DNA of 64,000 bases from Eledone cirrhosa (GCA_964016885.1 OZ024745.1:98208001-98272000); one strand, 5' to 3'. Shown: positions 27,739 through 41,778, counted from the first letter of the stretch. A program made the numbers and translations. The notes: generated by a model from the letters alone, not told the origin.

Positions 27739-28610
27739 GTAATATTATTTATCGTTCACTACGACGCTCCAGTAATCTTTGGTCGTTATCACTAAAACAA
27801 ACTAAAGAACTGTAAATATGAAAGAACAATGAGGTGGCAGAACAAAAGACATATAATTCAATAAAAGCCATGTATTTAGAAATGATTCCTCCACCACCCG
27901 GATTTAAATTTCTCCAGAGTTGAGTCAGCTTTAAATTTTTCCGGTATCGATATCTTTCATCGATAACATTTTTTTATTTTTTTTTTTTATTGCTTAGCAA
28001 TATTAGGATGAGGATGGGGGGAGGAATGACTGCACCGACGATGGTGTGTTGGTCCTCCAAACTGTTCGGTATAAAAGAGAAAACAACATGACTCGTACAT
28101 TACCCCCAGACCAGCGGCTTGTTCTGAATGATGAAAACAAAATGGAGTTTGTTAAGAGCATCCATTGGCTAGTCGGCGGTGTTCATGCTTTTCTTTTTCT
28201 TTCTTATTATTATTATTATGCCACATCGTGTCTGATGGCTAGCAATATGTGATGAACCGTTACGACATATATGTGTATGTATGTATGTACGTACGTACGT
28301 ATGTATGTATGTATGTATGTATGTATGTATGTATGTATGTATGTATGTATGTATGTATGTATGTATGTATGTATGTATGTTATGTATGTATGTTGTCACA
28401 TCTAGGTGTTTTGCCTGCATCCCTATCTCTTTTGTGAATCAGGTATTTTGTGTTGTATGTATGTATGTATGTATGTATGTATGTATGTATGTATGCATGT
28501 ATGTATGTATGTATGTATGTGTATGTATGTATGTATGTATGTATGTATGTATGTATGTATGTATGTATGTATGTACGTATGTGTATGTACGTATGTACGT
28601 ATGTGTATGA

Positions 28611-29012
28611 TGACCCCCTTAGCCTTTGTCAAGGCAGAATTCTAGGAGAAGGAAAACTCTGATATAACACCTGCAACCCTGATGGTATCCAATGATGTTG
28701 ACTTGTTCTTCTTTTTGGTAAATATCATCTTGGTTAAGAGAGTGAGACTGGCTTTGTGCAGTGCCTTTGCTCACTATAAAAGCTTCACGGCACAGGCATT
28801 GCTTTATATCTGGAGATCTCTCTGCACTTGTCGTCACATGGTACATCGGCCCAGCACTATGTGTCAATAATTGTCACAAGTGTAGTGTTTGTACCAGAGT
28901 TTTCATGTCGCAGGCTGGACTAAAAAGTCACACTCGTTCAGCGCATCGGTAGGGTTTCTCCTACATGGATATAAAGTAGTGGCCGTACTCGAAAACGAGT
29001 TGGCAGCCACCG
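28611..29012 (+). mobile_element. Non-autonomous RTE-derived element; longer inverted copy at ~45578-46172
   Basis: Near-identical in reverse to 45578-45980. The 3' part encodes a C2H2 finger (CSVCTRVFMSQAGLKSHTRSAH) like the RTE end at 41980-42065. Confidence 0.75.
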
Positions 29013-29016
29013 TGTG

Positions 29017-29070
<54 letters not shown>

Positions 29071-29077
29071 TATATTT

Positions 29078-29222
29078 ATTTATTAAAATAACAGATTAAA
29101 GTTTAAGCAAAGAATCGCTGCTTTCACCCTTAACGGGATCTTCTTAACGGTTCTTATATATTTGATATATATTTATCCTTATCGAGCCCTCTTTGGATTT
29201 TAGTCTTCAAATTTATTATTAT

Positions 29223-29227
<5 letters not shown>
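29078..29227. mobile_element. Minimal (~150 bp) PLE B-family remnant in (TA)n
   Basis: 29078-29144 matches 2392-2458, joined directly to the tail 5614-5693. Confidence 0.85.
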
Positions 29228-29277
<50 letters not shown>

Positions 29278-29281
<4 letters not shown>

Positions 29282-29425
29282 CTTCTGGTTTTATAATTGC
29301 ACAAATTTTTGCCAAATAGGAGACAGTCGGTTTCTAACATAGACACAAGAATATCTCATTGGAATTTACACACCATCAATGGATGTGTAGATATGGGTGT
29401 TATTGTATGTGTGGATGTGGATGTT
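29278..29425 (-). mobile_element. 3'-UTR-only fragment of the R4-like element
   Basis: Matches 30164-30335. Confidence 0.8.
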
Positions 29426-29540
29426 TTGATGTATGTATGTATGTATGTATGTATGTATGTATGTATGTATGTATGTATGTATGTATGTATGTATGTATGT
29501 ATGTATGTATGTATGTACGCATGTGTGTATGTATGTATGA

Positions 29541-30054
29541 ATGTCAGGTCGCTCTCGAGTGCTACTGGTAACATGTAACTCAGTACAACCTGTCTCATTG
29601 TAGGGTCGTCCGCAACTAAACCAGCAACCCCACCAAGCTTGATTGGTGAGGAGGGTATATTTGGACACCCTACGGGATGAAATATAAGACCCGGCAAAGG
29701 GCGGAAGAACTCAGCAGAGTCAACGGCCATCCAAATAGTACTTTTTTTTTTACCTGGGAGTGAAAGGCCCCCAGTTGTTACCACAATGCCTTTCTAGGAG
29801 AAGAAAACCTGCGGCTTCGGAAGCATCCGATGATGTTGACCAGTTCTCCTTTTCGGGTGGTGTTTTCGATGCTCAGAGAGTGTGATTGGTCGAGTGCAAG
29901 GCCTTGCCCCACTTAAAAAACCCTTCAAAGCACAGGCATTCCTTGTTCAGGATCTGTTACACTTTCGAGTGGCTAGTCATAGCTTAAAAGTGCACCAAAC
30001 CCTGTAATCCGACATGCGATTGCAATACTCTTAAGGGGAGTTTGCAGCCATCAT
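29541..30054 (+). mobile_element. RTE-related non-autonomous element with a (TATG)n tail; relative at ~42592-42885 (-)
   Basis: Head (tgctactggtaacatgta..cagtacaacctgtctcat) shared with 46080-46170; 3' end attgcaatact..gagtttgcagccatcatg shared with the RTE end at 41780-41820. Confidence 0.7.
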
Positions 30055-30163
30055 GTATGTATGTATGTATGTATGTATGTATGTATGTATGTATGTATGT
30101 ATGTATGTATGTATGTGTGTGTGTATGTGCATATGTATGTGTATATATATGTGTGTGTATGTA

Positions 30164-33100
30164 TGTTCTTCTGGTTTTATAATTTCACAAAGTTTTACCA
30201 ATAGAGAGGGAGTCGGTTTCTAACATAGACACAAGACTCTCTCATTGGAATTTACACAACATCACCTAGGTAGATATCTATGTATGCATGCATGTGTAGA
30301 TATGGATGTTATTGTATGTGTGGATGTGGATGTTTTGAGTTGTATTTGTGCATGTGTATATGCTTTGTATCTGTACATGTGTATATGCAGTTATTAGATG
30401 CAAAATGTTTGGAATGTTTCACATATTTTTACTGTTCCATTAATGGATTGTACTTGTAATTTCCTAACTAGTTGTGTTCTTTCTGTTCCTGTGAAGCCTA
30501 GCTTCTCAAGATTTGTATTGAGGCAGTTACTAACATATCCCAGTGCCCCAATAATCACAGGCATAAATCTGAAGGTATAATCAGGGTGGAGTATCTGCAG
30601 ATTTCTCATCAATTCTGCATAAATATTCTCCTTTTCACTAATCTGTGATATTATATTGGTATCTGCTGGGCAGCTAATTTCCACTACTGTGCATGTTTTC
30701 TTCTCCCTGTCCCATAACATAATATTTGGTCTGTTATGCCTGCATTTTATTGGGGTTATTACTGGAACATTCCACCAGTACTCTTTCATATTATGTACAT
30801 GGATGTCTTCCACATTGTTGTAGCTTTTAATGTGTTTATTATCGGGGCTATCTTTTTTACGAACTGCATTGTACAGTGTTTTGGCCACTACATCATGCCT
30901 CATAGGTAGATAGTACCGCGATGACATCTTTGGACAGCTGCTGATGACATGGGTGATATCCTCGATGTTAGTTCTGCGGAGTCTGTACTTGTTATCACAT
31001 CTAGGTGTTTTGCCTGCAACTCTATCTCTTTTGTGAATCATGTATTTTGTATTAATTTCCTGTTCTTCAATTGCAAAAACGTATCCTTCAAAGTGGGAAC
31101 CAATATAGCGGTTGTTGGTCCAAGATAGACTACTTTCCTTATCTATATTACTCTCACTCCGGAGCTTCCTGGCAACATATCCATGCATGATTTTTTGCTG
31201 ATAGGCATGCAGTTTTTCATCCATTGATTCACTGCGATACTGCTGAGCGACATCCCTGGGTGTGGGTTTTTGATTATCACACAGGGAATATCTCTCAAGG
31301 AGTTCCTTCCCAACTCTCATGATCTTATCTGTTTCATGCAGATAGACTTGCTCGAGAAACGGGCTCCTACGCTTCGTGGTTCGTAGATGTTGTCGGAGAA
31401 ATATGATGCGACATTCAAATGTTGTCTGGACTGATGTTAGGCCTCTGCCTCCCTGCTTACGGTTCAAGTAAAGGCAGTCTATGTCACTGTTGATGTGGAA
31501 GTTTCCGGTATTGTTCAGTATTTTTCGAGTTCTAACATCAACTGCTCGGATTTCGTTTATCATCAAATTGATTATTCCAAACGTTGGTGTTGGGACAGGC
31601 ACAGCAAACACATTGTGAGCCACTGTTTTGTTTTGAGCAGAGAGTTCCGATGACCAGATCTTTCTTAATCGGGTGTAGTGTTCCTTGGTTACTCGTCCTT
31701 TATGGGTTAGGTTCGTATTTCTGTCCTCCTGTGAGCCAATGATGTATCCCACACATTTCTTGAGCAGAAAGGACAAAGGGTTTAATGACAAGATGAATAA
31801 TATCACAGTGAGACTGTCCTCCTGAAATATACTCCTGCAATAATTTATTTTATCAGTAAAAATAGAGTCCTCCCACTCTGTCTTTAACCTTAGGATAGTA
31901 GCCCAAGAAGAAGACAGCCTCTCTATGGCTCTGACAATGTCTGGGACTTTAGAAAGTTGGAGTGCCTCTATCATCCAAGAGTGGGGAACAGAATCGAAAG
32001 TTTTCCTGTAGTCCAGCCAGACTGTAGTCATATTCCTCCTAAGTTGTCGCACACCTCCGACATCGCAGTTTTGTTGTATATGAGTTGTTCAGCACATCCC
32101 CAAACCCCTTTCTTTCCAGCTGCTTGTTCATCTGTTATGATGTTATTATTTTCACAGTGATCTTGGAGGAATAGGTTCAGGCAGGCTGTATACATCTTAT
32201 ACATCAGGTTCTGACATGCAATGGGTCGGTAGTTTTTTGCCAAGTGGGTGTCTTTGTTCTTGGGGACCAGTAATGTTTGTGCTAATGTCAACCATTCTGG
32301 TATAAGTGTATCACCCTTAAGAACTTGTTGGTAGAAGTCAGTAAGATACCTCCGATAGAATATCAGTTTTTTGTACCAGTAGCCGACAATCATGTCTCTT
32401 CCTGGTGTTTTCTTATCTTGGAGTTTTCCTATCACAGTCTCAAGGGTACCCTCACTTATTTCGTATGTTTTTGTTGTAGTGCAGGAGCAATAGTTCTTTC
32501 GGATTTCTCTTAGCCACACTGCATCTTGGTTGAAATTCTTCTTTTCACCCCATATTTTGCTCCAAAAGTATTCTATGTCTTTCTGTGATGGGGCTTCAGT
32601 GACACTTATTATTTTGCCCTTCATATCTCTATAGACTGATATTTGGTTTCGTCTGAATCTTTTATTAAGCACTTTTCTCTCATCTACCTTCTTCAGGTAT
32701 CGGCGTTTTTCGCTAACAGCTCTCAATTCTTGTGTGAGGGTGATCAGCTTATATTGGAGAGGTCTGGTTCTACTGTTACCAAACATCGGCTCTATTTTAT
32801 TTTCACTCTTTGTTGGTGAGGAGTGAGGTTTTTTTGTGTTTGTTTGCATGTAAGGAGCATTGTCACATATCCTATGTTTTTTCGTCGGTCAGCAATCTTT
32901 TTTTCTATTTTAGTTATATATGATGGGATTTTTGGTGGTGTTTTCTTCTTGTCAATATCTCTGCTATCACCAAGATAATGCTTCACTGTGGTTGCTAGGG
33001 CATATAAACAGGCGTTGATTTGCCAAAATGTTGTGGTTTTTATCGGTCGTAAATATTCATCCCCTATTTCGTCAATAACACGTAGTATTTCATTATTTGG

Positions 33101-34007
33101 TTTTTTATTCAACATTGTCGTTTTAACGCGTTCAGCAAAAGAGATATTTATACATGAGTTAATTTCTCTCTGGAAGATTTCATTGAGGGAAATGTTCAAT
33201 TGTTTATACTTTTGATTGTCATTATCGATAGTATTTTCCACAACAGTCGAGGTAGACTCGGATGGTACATGTGGTGTCACATTTATTCGATTATTATTAT
33301 TATCGATAGTGTTTTCCCCAGCATTCAAGGTAGACTTAGATGGTACAGGCGGTGTCAAGTTTCTTACAGGCATCGTTGTTTCAAGACGCTGTTCGACTTG
33401 GCTGCTAGGAAGTCTAGTAGCATGACGACCTGTAACACGTGTTGTTGATAACATGTTTGTTGTTGGCGACTTACAATTAATAATATTTATCTTATTTTTA
33501 CGTTCAACAAACGTCGCTTGTTGGCGTAATTGTTTTGCTGTGAAATAATTTAGCTCTGGGTGCATTTCATCCCAGTGTAGCTTCATTCTATTCATATAGC
33601 CAATGGAGGGATTGTTTTTTGCCATTTTATAACAATTAAATAAATCATTATTAAGTTCGCAACTCCAAGAGAAATGCGATTTATAATTTCGGTTTCTTCT
33701 GTAGCTACAACTGAATAAAGTTTGATTACCTTCCTTGATATTTGTTTTCGGTACTTCCTTAATTTTGTTGTTGATGTTGTGTTCAGCCATGCTGTTTGTA
33801 GCAAATCCTTGTAAAATTAATTATGTATTTAGTCGGATATCTCTACGAATTCGAATAAAAGGTGTCTTCAGAAGGGATAGTTAGAAGAATAACCAGTTAT
33901 TCAACCTGACTGTAGTTGTGGCATTACTGTCGGAGATAGTATTCATCTTAAATTCAATAAATAGTCTCCCACGTCAAAATATGCGACTGATCGCGTTGAC
34001 TGTCTAG
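30164..34007 (-). mobile_element. R4/Dong-like RLE non-LTR retrotransposon, copy 1 (defective; RT catalytic segment deleted)
   Basis: ORF pieces 32792-33790, 32028-32849 and 30394-32052: YRPIAC, WLDYRKTFDSVPHSW, GGRGL, degenerate CCHC, HNRPN..VVEISCP. Flanked by (TACA)n. Confidence 0.9.
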
Positions 34008-34438
34008 TATGTATGTATGTATGTATGTATGCATGTATGTATGTTTTGATGTGTGTATGAGTAAAGCTACTTGCCGTAGAACAGCGTTCTATCCAGAGAA
34101 TGCTTATTTTACAATTATCTATCATTACATTATAGAACAGAGATAAATTGCAGTTCTGTAATTCAATAAAAGGTTTATTATATATTTAAAACCTTGTACC
34201 TTATCAAAATAAACAATCATGGCGGAGAGAAAGTTTCCCTTCGTTGATGTTATTTCAAATTCATTATAGTCTGTTTGAACCCTGCCGTATATTTTAACCT
34301 ACATTCTTCAACCTACAGCTGTGTAACTATTATCATATTATTTGACCAATAAGATAAGGAAAAAAATCTAGTTTTTGTTGGTATTCAGGAAATAAAAGGA
34401 ATATATATATATGGGGGGGGGGGGGGTGTATACATATA

Positions 34439-34801
34439 TCTATATATATAAAACTGATGTTGTCTGTGTGTGTATGTGTGTGTCCTCATTTTTGCAAAGT
34501 CTATACAAATCCACATTTCTACTCCGATTGACTTCAAATTTGCGGTCTAAAGATATTAACTTATTCCTTGCGGTCTAACGATATTAACTGCAGCTTTTAT
34601 TTTTCAATTTTCTTTTGTTAAAGAGGTGTTAGGCGCCGGTTATCCATCTCCGTCTGTATGCCTGGCTATCTGCATTACGACATTCTGGCGAACATTGATA
34701 ACGTATTTTCTGAATGAGATTGGATAGACGGAAGCTATTCGGAATCTTGTCAGATGGACTCTCGCTGTATTTCAAAGAACTAGCGGCTTGTCACAAACTA
34801 A
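34439..34801 (+). mobile_element. Non-autonomous Helitron-like element
   Basis: 5' TCTATATATATAAAACTGA followed by a (TG)-rich tract, as at 35395; degenerate 3' end. Confidence 0.45.
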
Positions 34802-34819
34802 TACATATATATATATATA

Positions 34820-35203
34820 TCAACTTCTACTACAACGTAATATAATATCTGTATACAACAACTACAACGGTACGCGATGAGGCCCACCCACAGCCCCGGC
34901 GTACAGAATGGAGAAGGCGTTTCCCCGGAGGACGGCAAGGGAGACGCGCTGGAAAAGCCACTCCACCTTGCGGGGCTCACACCTGCGGGTGGCCAGCTCA
35001 GCGCCTATGGTGGTGAATAAGGAGGTAGCCCTGGGGCCGAGGACACCAGAAGTCTCCACTGCCAGGGGTACGACCGCAAACCTGTCGGAGAGCGACCGGC
35101 ATTTGAGGAGTTTGGCCCCCTCAGCCCGACGTGCAGCAGAACCTGAGTCAGTCGCAGACTGCACCAGATTGCGGCTGCAGAAAGTGTCGGTGCAAGTGGC
35201 ATC
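34820..35203 (-). mobile_element. 3' end of a CRE-clade RLE non-LTR element
   Basis: DATCTDTF..GSAA..AE..K..K..L..VPLAVETSGVLGP..LFQRVSLAVLRGNA.SI, then a short UTR running into (TA)n. Confidence 0.8.
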
Positions 35204-35394
35204 GTTCGCTATTATCCGTTCATTGCCAGGGAACGTCTTCACGAACCAAAGTATCGTCTTCCTGTTTTCCTTCGGTTGCAACGTTTTTCGAAATATTTAC
35301 TTCTGCGTTCACAGATTGATGTTTTTAGTTTCAGAAGATCTCGTTATGGGTGAAAGCAACGATTCTTTGCTTAAACTTTAATCTGTTATTTTAA
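35204..35394 (+). mobile_element. PLE B-family 3' end with hammerhead fold
   Basis: Reverse complement of 22266-22445 and of 2397-2575. Confidence 0.85.
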
Positions 35395-35492
35395 TCTATA
35401 TATTTATATATATAAAACTGAGGAAGGATGTATGTATGTATGTATGTATGTATGTATGTATGCATGTATGTATGTATGTATGTATGTATGTA

Positions 35493-35561
<69 letters not shown>

Positions 35562-36133
35562 AACCCCAGAAGTACCCAACCGATCTTTTTCAAACTTTAC
35601 ATGTGTATTACTTATATTTCAGGGAGTGTTATGCACATAAAAAATCCAATTTTTTGATCCCCTAGGCCGGCATTAGGTGAATAACTGCGTTTTTTTCAGC
35701 TTTTTAGGGGTATTTTGAGGCGTTACGTCAGATCGATTTCCTTGAAATTGTAACTATGTATTAGTCAGTCTCTTCTTCATACCGTGAGCAAAGAAAATCC
35801 AACTTTTTGATGGCATTAGGTGAAAAACTTCATTTTTTTTCAGCTTTTTAGGGCTTTTTTGAGGTGTTACATCTAGCCGATTTTCCCGAAATTTAAAGGC
35901 ATATTATGCACATAAAAAAAAATTCATTTTCTTGATACCCTAGGGCCCGCATTAGGTGAAAACCTGCCTTTTTCCTGCTTCATCGAGGAAAATCTTAGAT
36001 TATCCAGCCATCAAAGTATTCGCTTTATTTTCTTTACATATTGTCCAGGCATGCAGTTTTTCCACGATTAGGTCTGTTGGCGGCCCGCGTTCCAAAATAC
36101 CTTATCCCGTGCAACGCCAGGTACCACTGCTAG
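35395..36133 (+). mobile_element. Non-autonomous Helitron with ~120-bp internal tandem repeats
   Basis: A|TC 5' end; 3' cccgtgcaacgccaggtaccactgCTAG|T; gcattaggtgaa.a.ct recurs at ~35670, 35813 and 35949. Confidence 0.75.
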
Positions 36134-37608
36134 TATTATATATATAGAGAGAGAGAGAGGGGTGTGTGTGGAAATTGCTATTATATCTACGAACAACCAT
36201 TTATTTTCTTACATTCTTAACCACACTGTAATGTATGCGCCTACATTTTGAAACACTGTAAAAAAATATATATAATAATACTTCTAACACGTAAATATTA
36301 TTATCTGAACTTAATGTACTGAAACATATAATTGGATGTCTATTGAATAAATGAGAAAAGTTAAACGATCTATTGAATAGAATGTAAAGTTGTGATATCT
36401 GTTTAAAAAATATAAGCAAAAGCTGTGATATAATATCCTCAGTTGTACAATGACAGTTTTTAACTATATAACTGTTTCTACTTTAGGCACAAGGCCAGCA
36501 ATCACCCAGTGCATTACTGGTACTTTATTTTATCGACCCCGTAAGGATGAAAGGCAAAGTCAACCTCGGCGGGATTTGAACTCAGATCGTAAAGGGACGT
36601 AACTATGTTGGAAAGCGTGGCGTCCGACCCTCTACCGATACTGCCAATCCAGTTTTTAACTATATAACGTTAGGTAAAAATGACCAAGGAGGAAGAGGAA
36701 TGGACCTGCGTCGATTTAGACGATGAGTGTCATAGTGTTTGATCAACGGAACAACCTGCTTATAAAATTGACGTGTAAATGACTGAGCATCACATAAATA
36801 TGTATACATTTAACGTAGTTCTCAGGGAGATTCAGCGTGACACTGTGTGTGGAAAGGCTGGTCCTTTGAATTAAGAGTATGGTCCATCCGACGTTTTCCT
36901 TCTTCCCAATTCCACTCACAAATCTTAGTAAGATCCTTTTTTCTTCCCCCTTATTCTCTTTCTTTCCCCTGGAAAACAATCGGCTGTGTTCAGACCTAGC
37001 GATGAATGAACATCATCGGGTTTAAATGCCTGACAATGCTTCATGCCACGGTGGTGCCCCCAACACAATGGTACTTTATTTATCGACCACGAAGGATGAA
37101 ATTTGACTTAGGTGGGGTTTGAACCCAGAGAGCCAGAACGAATACCGAGGAGCATGTTATCCGACATTCTAACAACTCTGTCGGTTCGTTGCCTAAATGT
37201 CAAGGTGACAATCTCGAAAACTTACGATTTTCAGACATAGGGAGTGGCAAAATGGTACTCATTTTGCAAATGTAATCTTTAAGCGGAACAGTGAAGATAT
37301 GAAATACTTTTCTAAAGTCCAACAGTGCGACTTTGTTTCGTTGTAATAATGCAACACCATTTTTACTGAAAGAAACCATATAATTGAAAAAGAAAGACGG
37401 AATCATACACACATATGTGTATATCTATGTACATATATATAGTACACGTTATACATATATACGTACGTATATACATATATAGTACATGTTATACATATAT
37501 AGTACACGTTATACATATATACGTACGTATATACCTACATACATACATACATACATACATACATACATACATACATACATACATACATACATACATACAT
37601 ACATACAT

Positions 37609-40600
37609 ACGTGGGAGACTATTTATTAAATTTAAGATGAATACTATCTCCGACAGTAATGCCACAACTACAGTCAGGTTGGATAACTGGTTATTCTTCT
37701 AACTATTCCTTCTGAAGACACCTTTTATTCGAAGTCGTAGAGATATCCGACTAAATACATAATTCATTTTACAAGGATTTGCTACAAACAGCATGGCTGG
37801 ACACAACATCAACAACAAAATTAAGGAAGTACCGAAAACAAATATCAAGGAAGGTAATCAAACTTTATTCAGTTGTAGCTACAGAAGAAACCGAAATTAT
37901 AAATCGCATTTCTCTTGGAGTTGCGAACTTAATAATGATTTATTTAATTGTTATATAATGGCAAAAAACAATCCCTCCATTGGCTATATGAATAGAATGA
38001 AGCTACACTGGGACGAAATGCACCCAGAGCTAAATTATTTCACAGCGAAACAATTACGCCAACAAGCGACGTTTGTTGAACGTAAAAATAAGATAAATAT
38101 TATTAATTGTGAGTCGCCAAAAACAAACATGTTATCCACAACACGTGCTACAGGTCGCCATGTTACTAGACTTCCTAGCAGCCAGGTCGAACAGCGCCTT
38201 GAAACAACTATGCCTGTAAGAAACTTGACACCGCCTGTACCATCTAAGTCTACCTCGAATGCTGGGGAAAACACTATCGATAATAATAATAATCGAATAA
38301 ATGTGACACAACGTGTACCATCCGAGTCTACCTCGACTGTTGTGGAAAATACTATCGATAATGATAATTAAAAGTATAAACAATTGAAATTTTCCCTGAA
38401 CGAAATCTTCCAGAGAGAAATTAACTCATGTATAAATATTTCTCTTGTTGAACGTGTTAAAACGACAATGTTGAATAAAAAAACAAATAAAAAAATACTA
38501 CGTGTTATTGACGAATTAGGGGATGAATATTTACGACGGATAAAAACCTCAACATTTTGGCAAATCAACGCCTGTTTATATGCCCTAGCAACCACAGTGA
38601 AGCATTATCTTGGTGATAGCAGAGATATTAACAAGAACAAAACACCACCAAAAATCCCATCATATATAACTAAAATAGAAAGAAATATTGCTGACCTACG
38701 AAAAAACATAGGATATGTGACAATGCACCTTACATGCAAACAAACACAAAGAAACCTCACTCCTCACCAACAAAGAGTGAAAAATAAAATAGAGACGATG
38801 TTTGGTAACAGTAGAACCAGAACTCTCCAATATAAGCTGATCACCCTCAAACAAGAATTGAGAGCTGTTAGCGAAAAACGCCGATACCTGAAGAAAGTAG
38901 ATGAGAGAAAAGTGCTTAATAAAAGATTCAGACGAAACCAAACATCAATCTATAGAGATATGAAGGGCAAAATAATAAGTGTCACTGAGGCCCCATCACT
39001 TTTGGAGAAAAATATGGGGTGAAAAGAAGAATTTCAACCAAGATGCAGTGTGGCTAAGAGAAATCCGAAAGAATTATTGCTCCTACACTAAAACAAAAAC
39101 ATACGAAATAAGTGAGGGTACCCTTGAGACTGTGATAGGAAAACTCCAAGATAAGAAAACACCAGGAAGAGACATGATTGTCGGCTACTGGTACAAAAAA
39201 CTTATATTCTATCGGAGGTACCTTACTGACCTCTACCAACAAGTTCTTAAGGGAGTTACACTTATACCAGAATGGTTGACATTAGCACAAACATTACTGG
39301 TCCCCAAGAACAAAGACACCCACTTGGCAAAAAACTAGCGACACATTGCATGTCAGAACCTGGTGTATAAGATGTATACAGCCTGCCAGCACCTGATGTA
39401 TAAGATGTATACAGCATGCCTGAACCTATTCCTCCAAGATCACTGTGAAAATAATAATATCATTACAGATGAACAAGCAGCTGGAAAGAAAGGGGTTTGG
39501 GGATGTGCTGAACAACTCCTAATCAACAAAACTGCGATGTCGGAGGTGTGCGACAACTTAGGAGGAATATGACTACAGTCTGTCGGAACTACAGGAAAAC
39601 TTTCGATTCTGTTCCCCACTCTTGAATGATAGAGGCCCTCCAACTTTCTAAAGTCCCAGACATTATTGTCAGAGCCATAGAGAGGCTGTCTTCTTCTTGG
39701 GCTACTATCATAAGTTTAAAGACAGAGAGGGAGGACTCTATTTTCACTGATAAAATAAAATATTGCAGGGGTATATTTCAGGGGGACAGTCTCTCTGTGA
39801 TATTATTCATCTTGTCATTAAACCTTTTGTCCTTTCTGCTCAAGAAATGTGAGGGATACATCATTGGCTCACAGGAGGACAGAAATACGAACCTAACCCA
39901 TAATTTCTTTGTGGACGATCTGAAACTCTATGCCAAGAACATGGATGGAATGAAGAAAAATCTTGACATGGTTACAACGTTCTCAAAGGATATAGGAATG
40001 GATTTTGGCCAAGATAAATGCTCTTATATGACTGTAAAGCGGGGAAAAACAACAACCCAATCTAGCAACATTGTCATCAATGGCCTAACTGTTTCACCGA
40101 TATCTGATGAGGACTGCTACAGATACCTGGGGATAGATGAGAACATATCCTATAATGGTATCTGTAATAAAGAACGCGTAACCAAGAACACTACACCCGA
40201 TTAAGAAAGATCTGGTCATCGGAACTCTCTGCGCAAAACAAAACAGTGGCTCACAATGTGTTTGCTGTACCTGTCCCAACACCAACGTTTGGAATACTCA
40301 ATTGGACGATAGACGAAATCCGAGCAGTTGATGTTGGAACTCGAAAAATACTGAACAACACGGGCAACTTCCACATCAACAATGACATAGACCGCCTTTA
40401 CTTGAAACGTAAGCAGGGAGGTAGAGGCCTAACATCAGTCCAGACAACATTTGAATGTCGCATCATATCTCTCCGACAACATCTACGAACCTCGAAGCGT
40501 AGGAGCCCGTTTCTCGAGCAAGTCTATCTGCATGAAACAGATAAGATCATGAGAGTTGGGAAGGAACTCCTTGAGAGATATTCCCTGTGTGATAATCAAA

Positions 40601-41695
40601 AACTCACACCCAAGGATGTCGCTCAGCAGTATCGCAGTGAATCCATGGATGAAAAACTGCATGCCTATCAGCAAAAAATCATGCATGGATATGTTGCCAG
40701 GAAGCTCCAGAGTGAGAGTAATATAGATAAGGAAAGTAGTCTATCTTGGACCAACAACCGTTATATTGGCTCCCACTTTGAAGGATACGCTTTTGCAATT
40801 GAAGAACAGGAAATTAACACGAAATACATGATTCACAAAAGAGATAGGGTTGCAGGCAAAACCCCTAGATGTGATAACATGTGCAGACTCTGCAGAACTA
40901 ACATCGAGGATATCACCCATGTCATCAGCAGCTGTCCAAAGATGTCATCGCGGTACTATCTACCTATGAGGCATGATGTGACCAAAACACTGTACAATGC
41001 AGTTCGTAAAAAAGATAGCCCCGATAATAAACACATTAAAAGCTACAGCAATGTGTAAGACATCCATGTACATAATATGAAAAAGTACTGGTGGAATGTT
41101 CCAGTAAAATCCCCAATAAAATGCAGGCATAACAGACCAGATATTATGATATTGGACAGGGAGAAGAAAACATGCACAGTAGTGGAAATTAGCTGCCCAG
41201 CAGATACCAATATAATATCAAAGATTAGTGAAAAGGAGAATACTTATGCAGAACTGATGAGAAATCTGCAGATACTCCATCCTGATTATACCTTCAGATT
41301 TATGCCTGTGATTATTGGGGCACTGGGATATGTTAGTAATTGCCTCAATACAAATTTGAGAAGCTAGGCTTCACAGGAACAGAAAGAACACAACTAGTTA
41401 GGAAATTACAAGTACAATCCATTAATGGAACAGTAAAATATGTAAAACATTCCAAAAATTTTGCATCTAATAACTGCATATACACATGTACAGATACAAA
41501 GCATATACACATGCACAAATACAACTCAAAACATACACATCCACACATACAATAACATCCATATCTACACATGCATGCATACATACATATCTACCTAGTT
41601 GATGTTGTGTAAATTCCAATGAGAGAGTCTTGTGTCTATGTTAGAAACCGACTCTCTCTCTATTGGTAAAACTGAAATTATAAAACCAGAAGAAC
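37609..41695 (+). mobile_element. R4/Dong-like RLE non-LTR retrotransposon, copy 2 (defective; multiple stops and frameshifts)
   Basis: RGIFQGDSLS, FFVDDLKLY, YRYLG, CRLC..H..SSC, HNRPDIMILD..VEISCP. Flanked by (TACA)n. Confidence 0.92.
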
Positions 41696-41778
41696 ATACA
41701 TACATACATACATACATACATACATACATACATACATACATACATACATACATACATACATACATACAAATATACATA

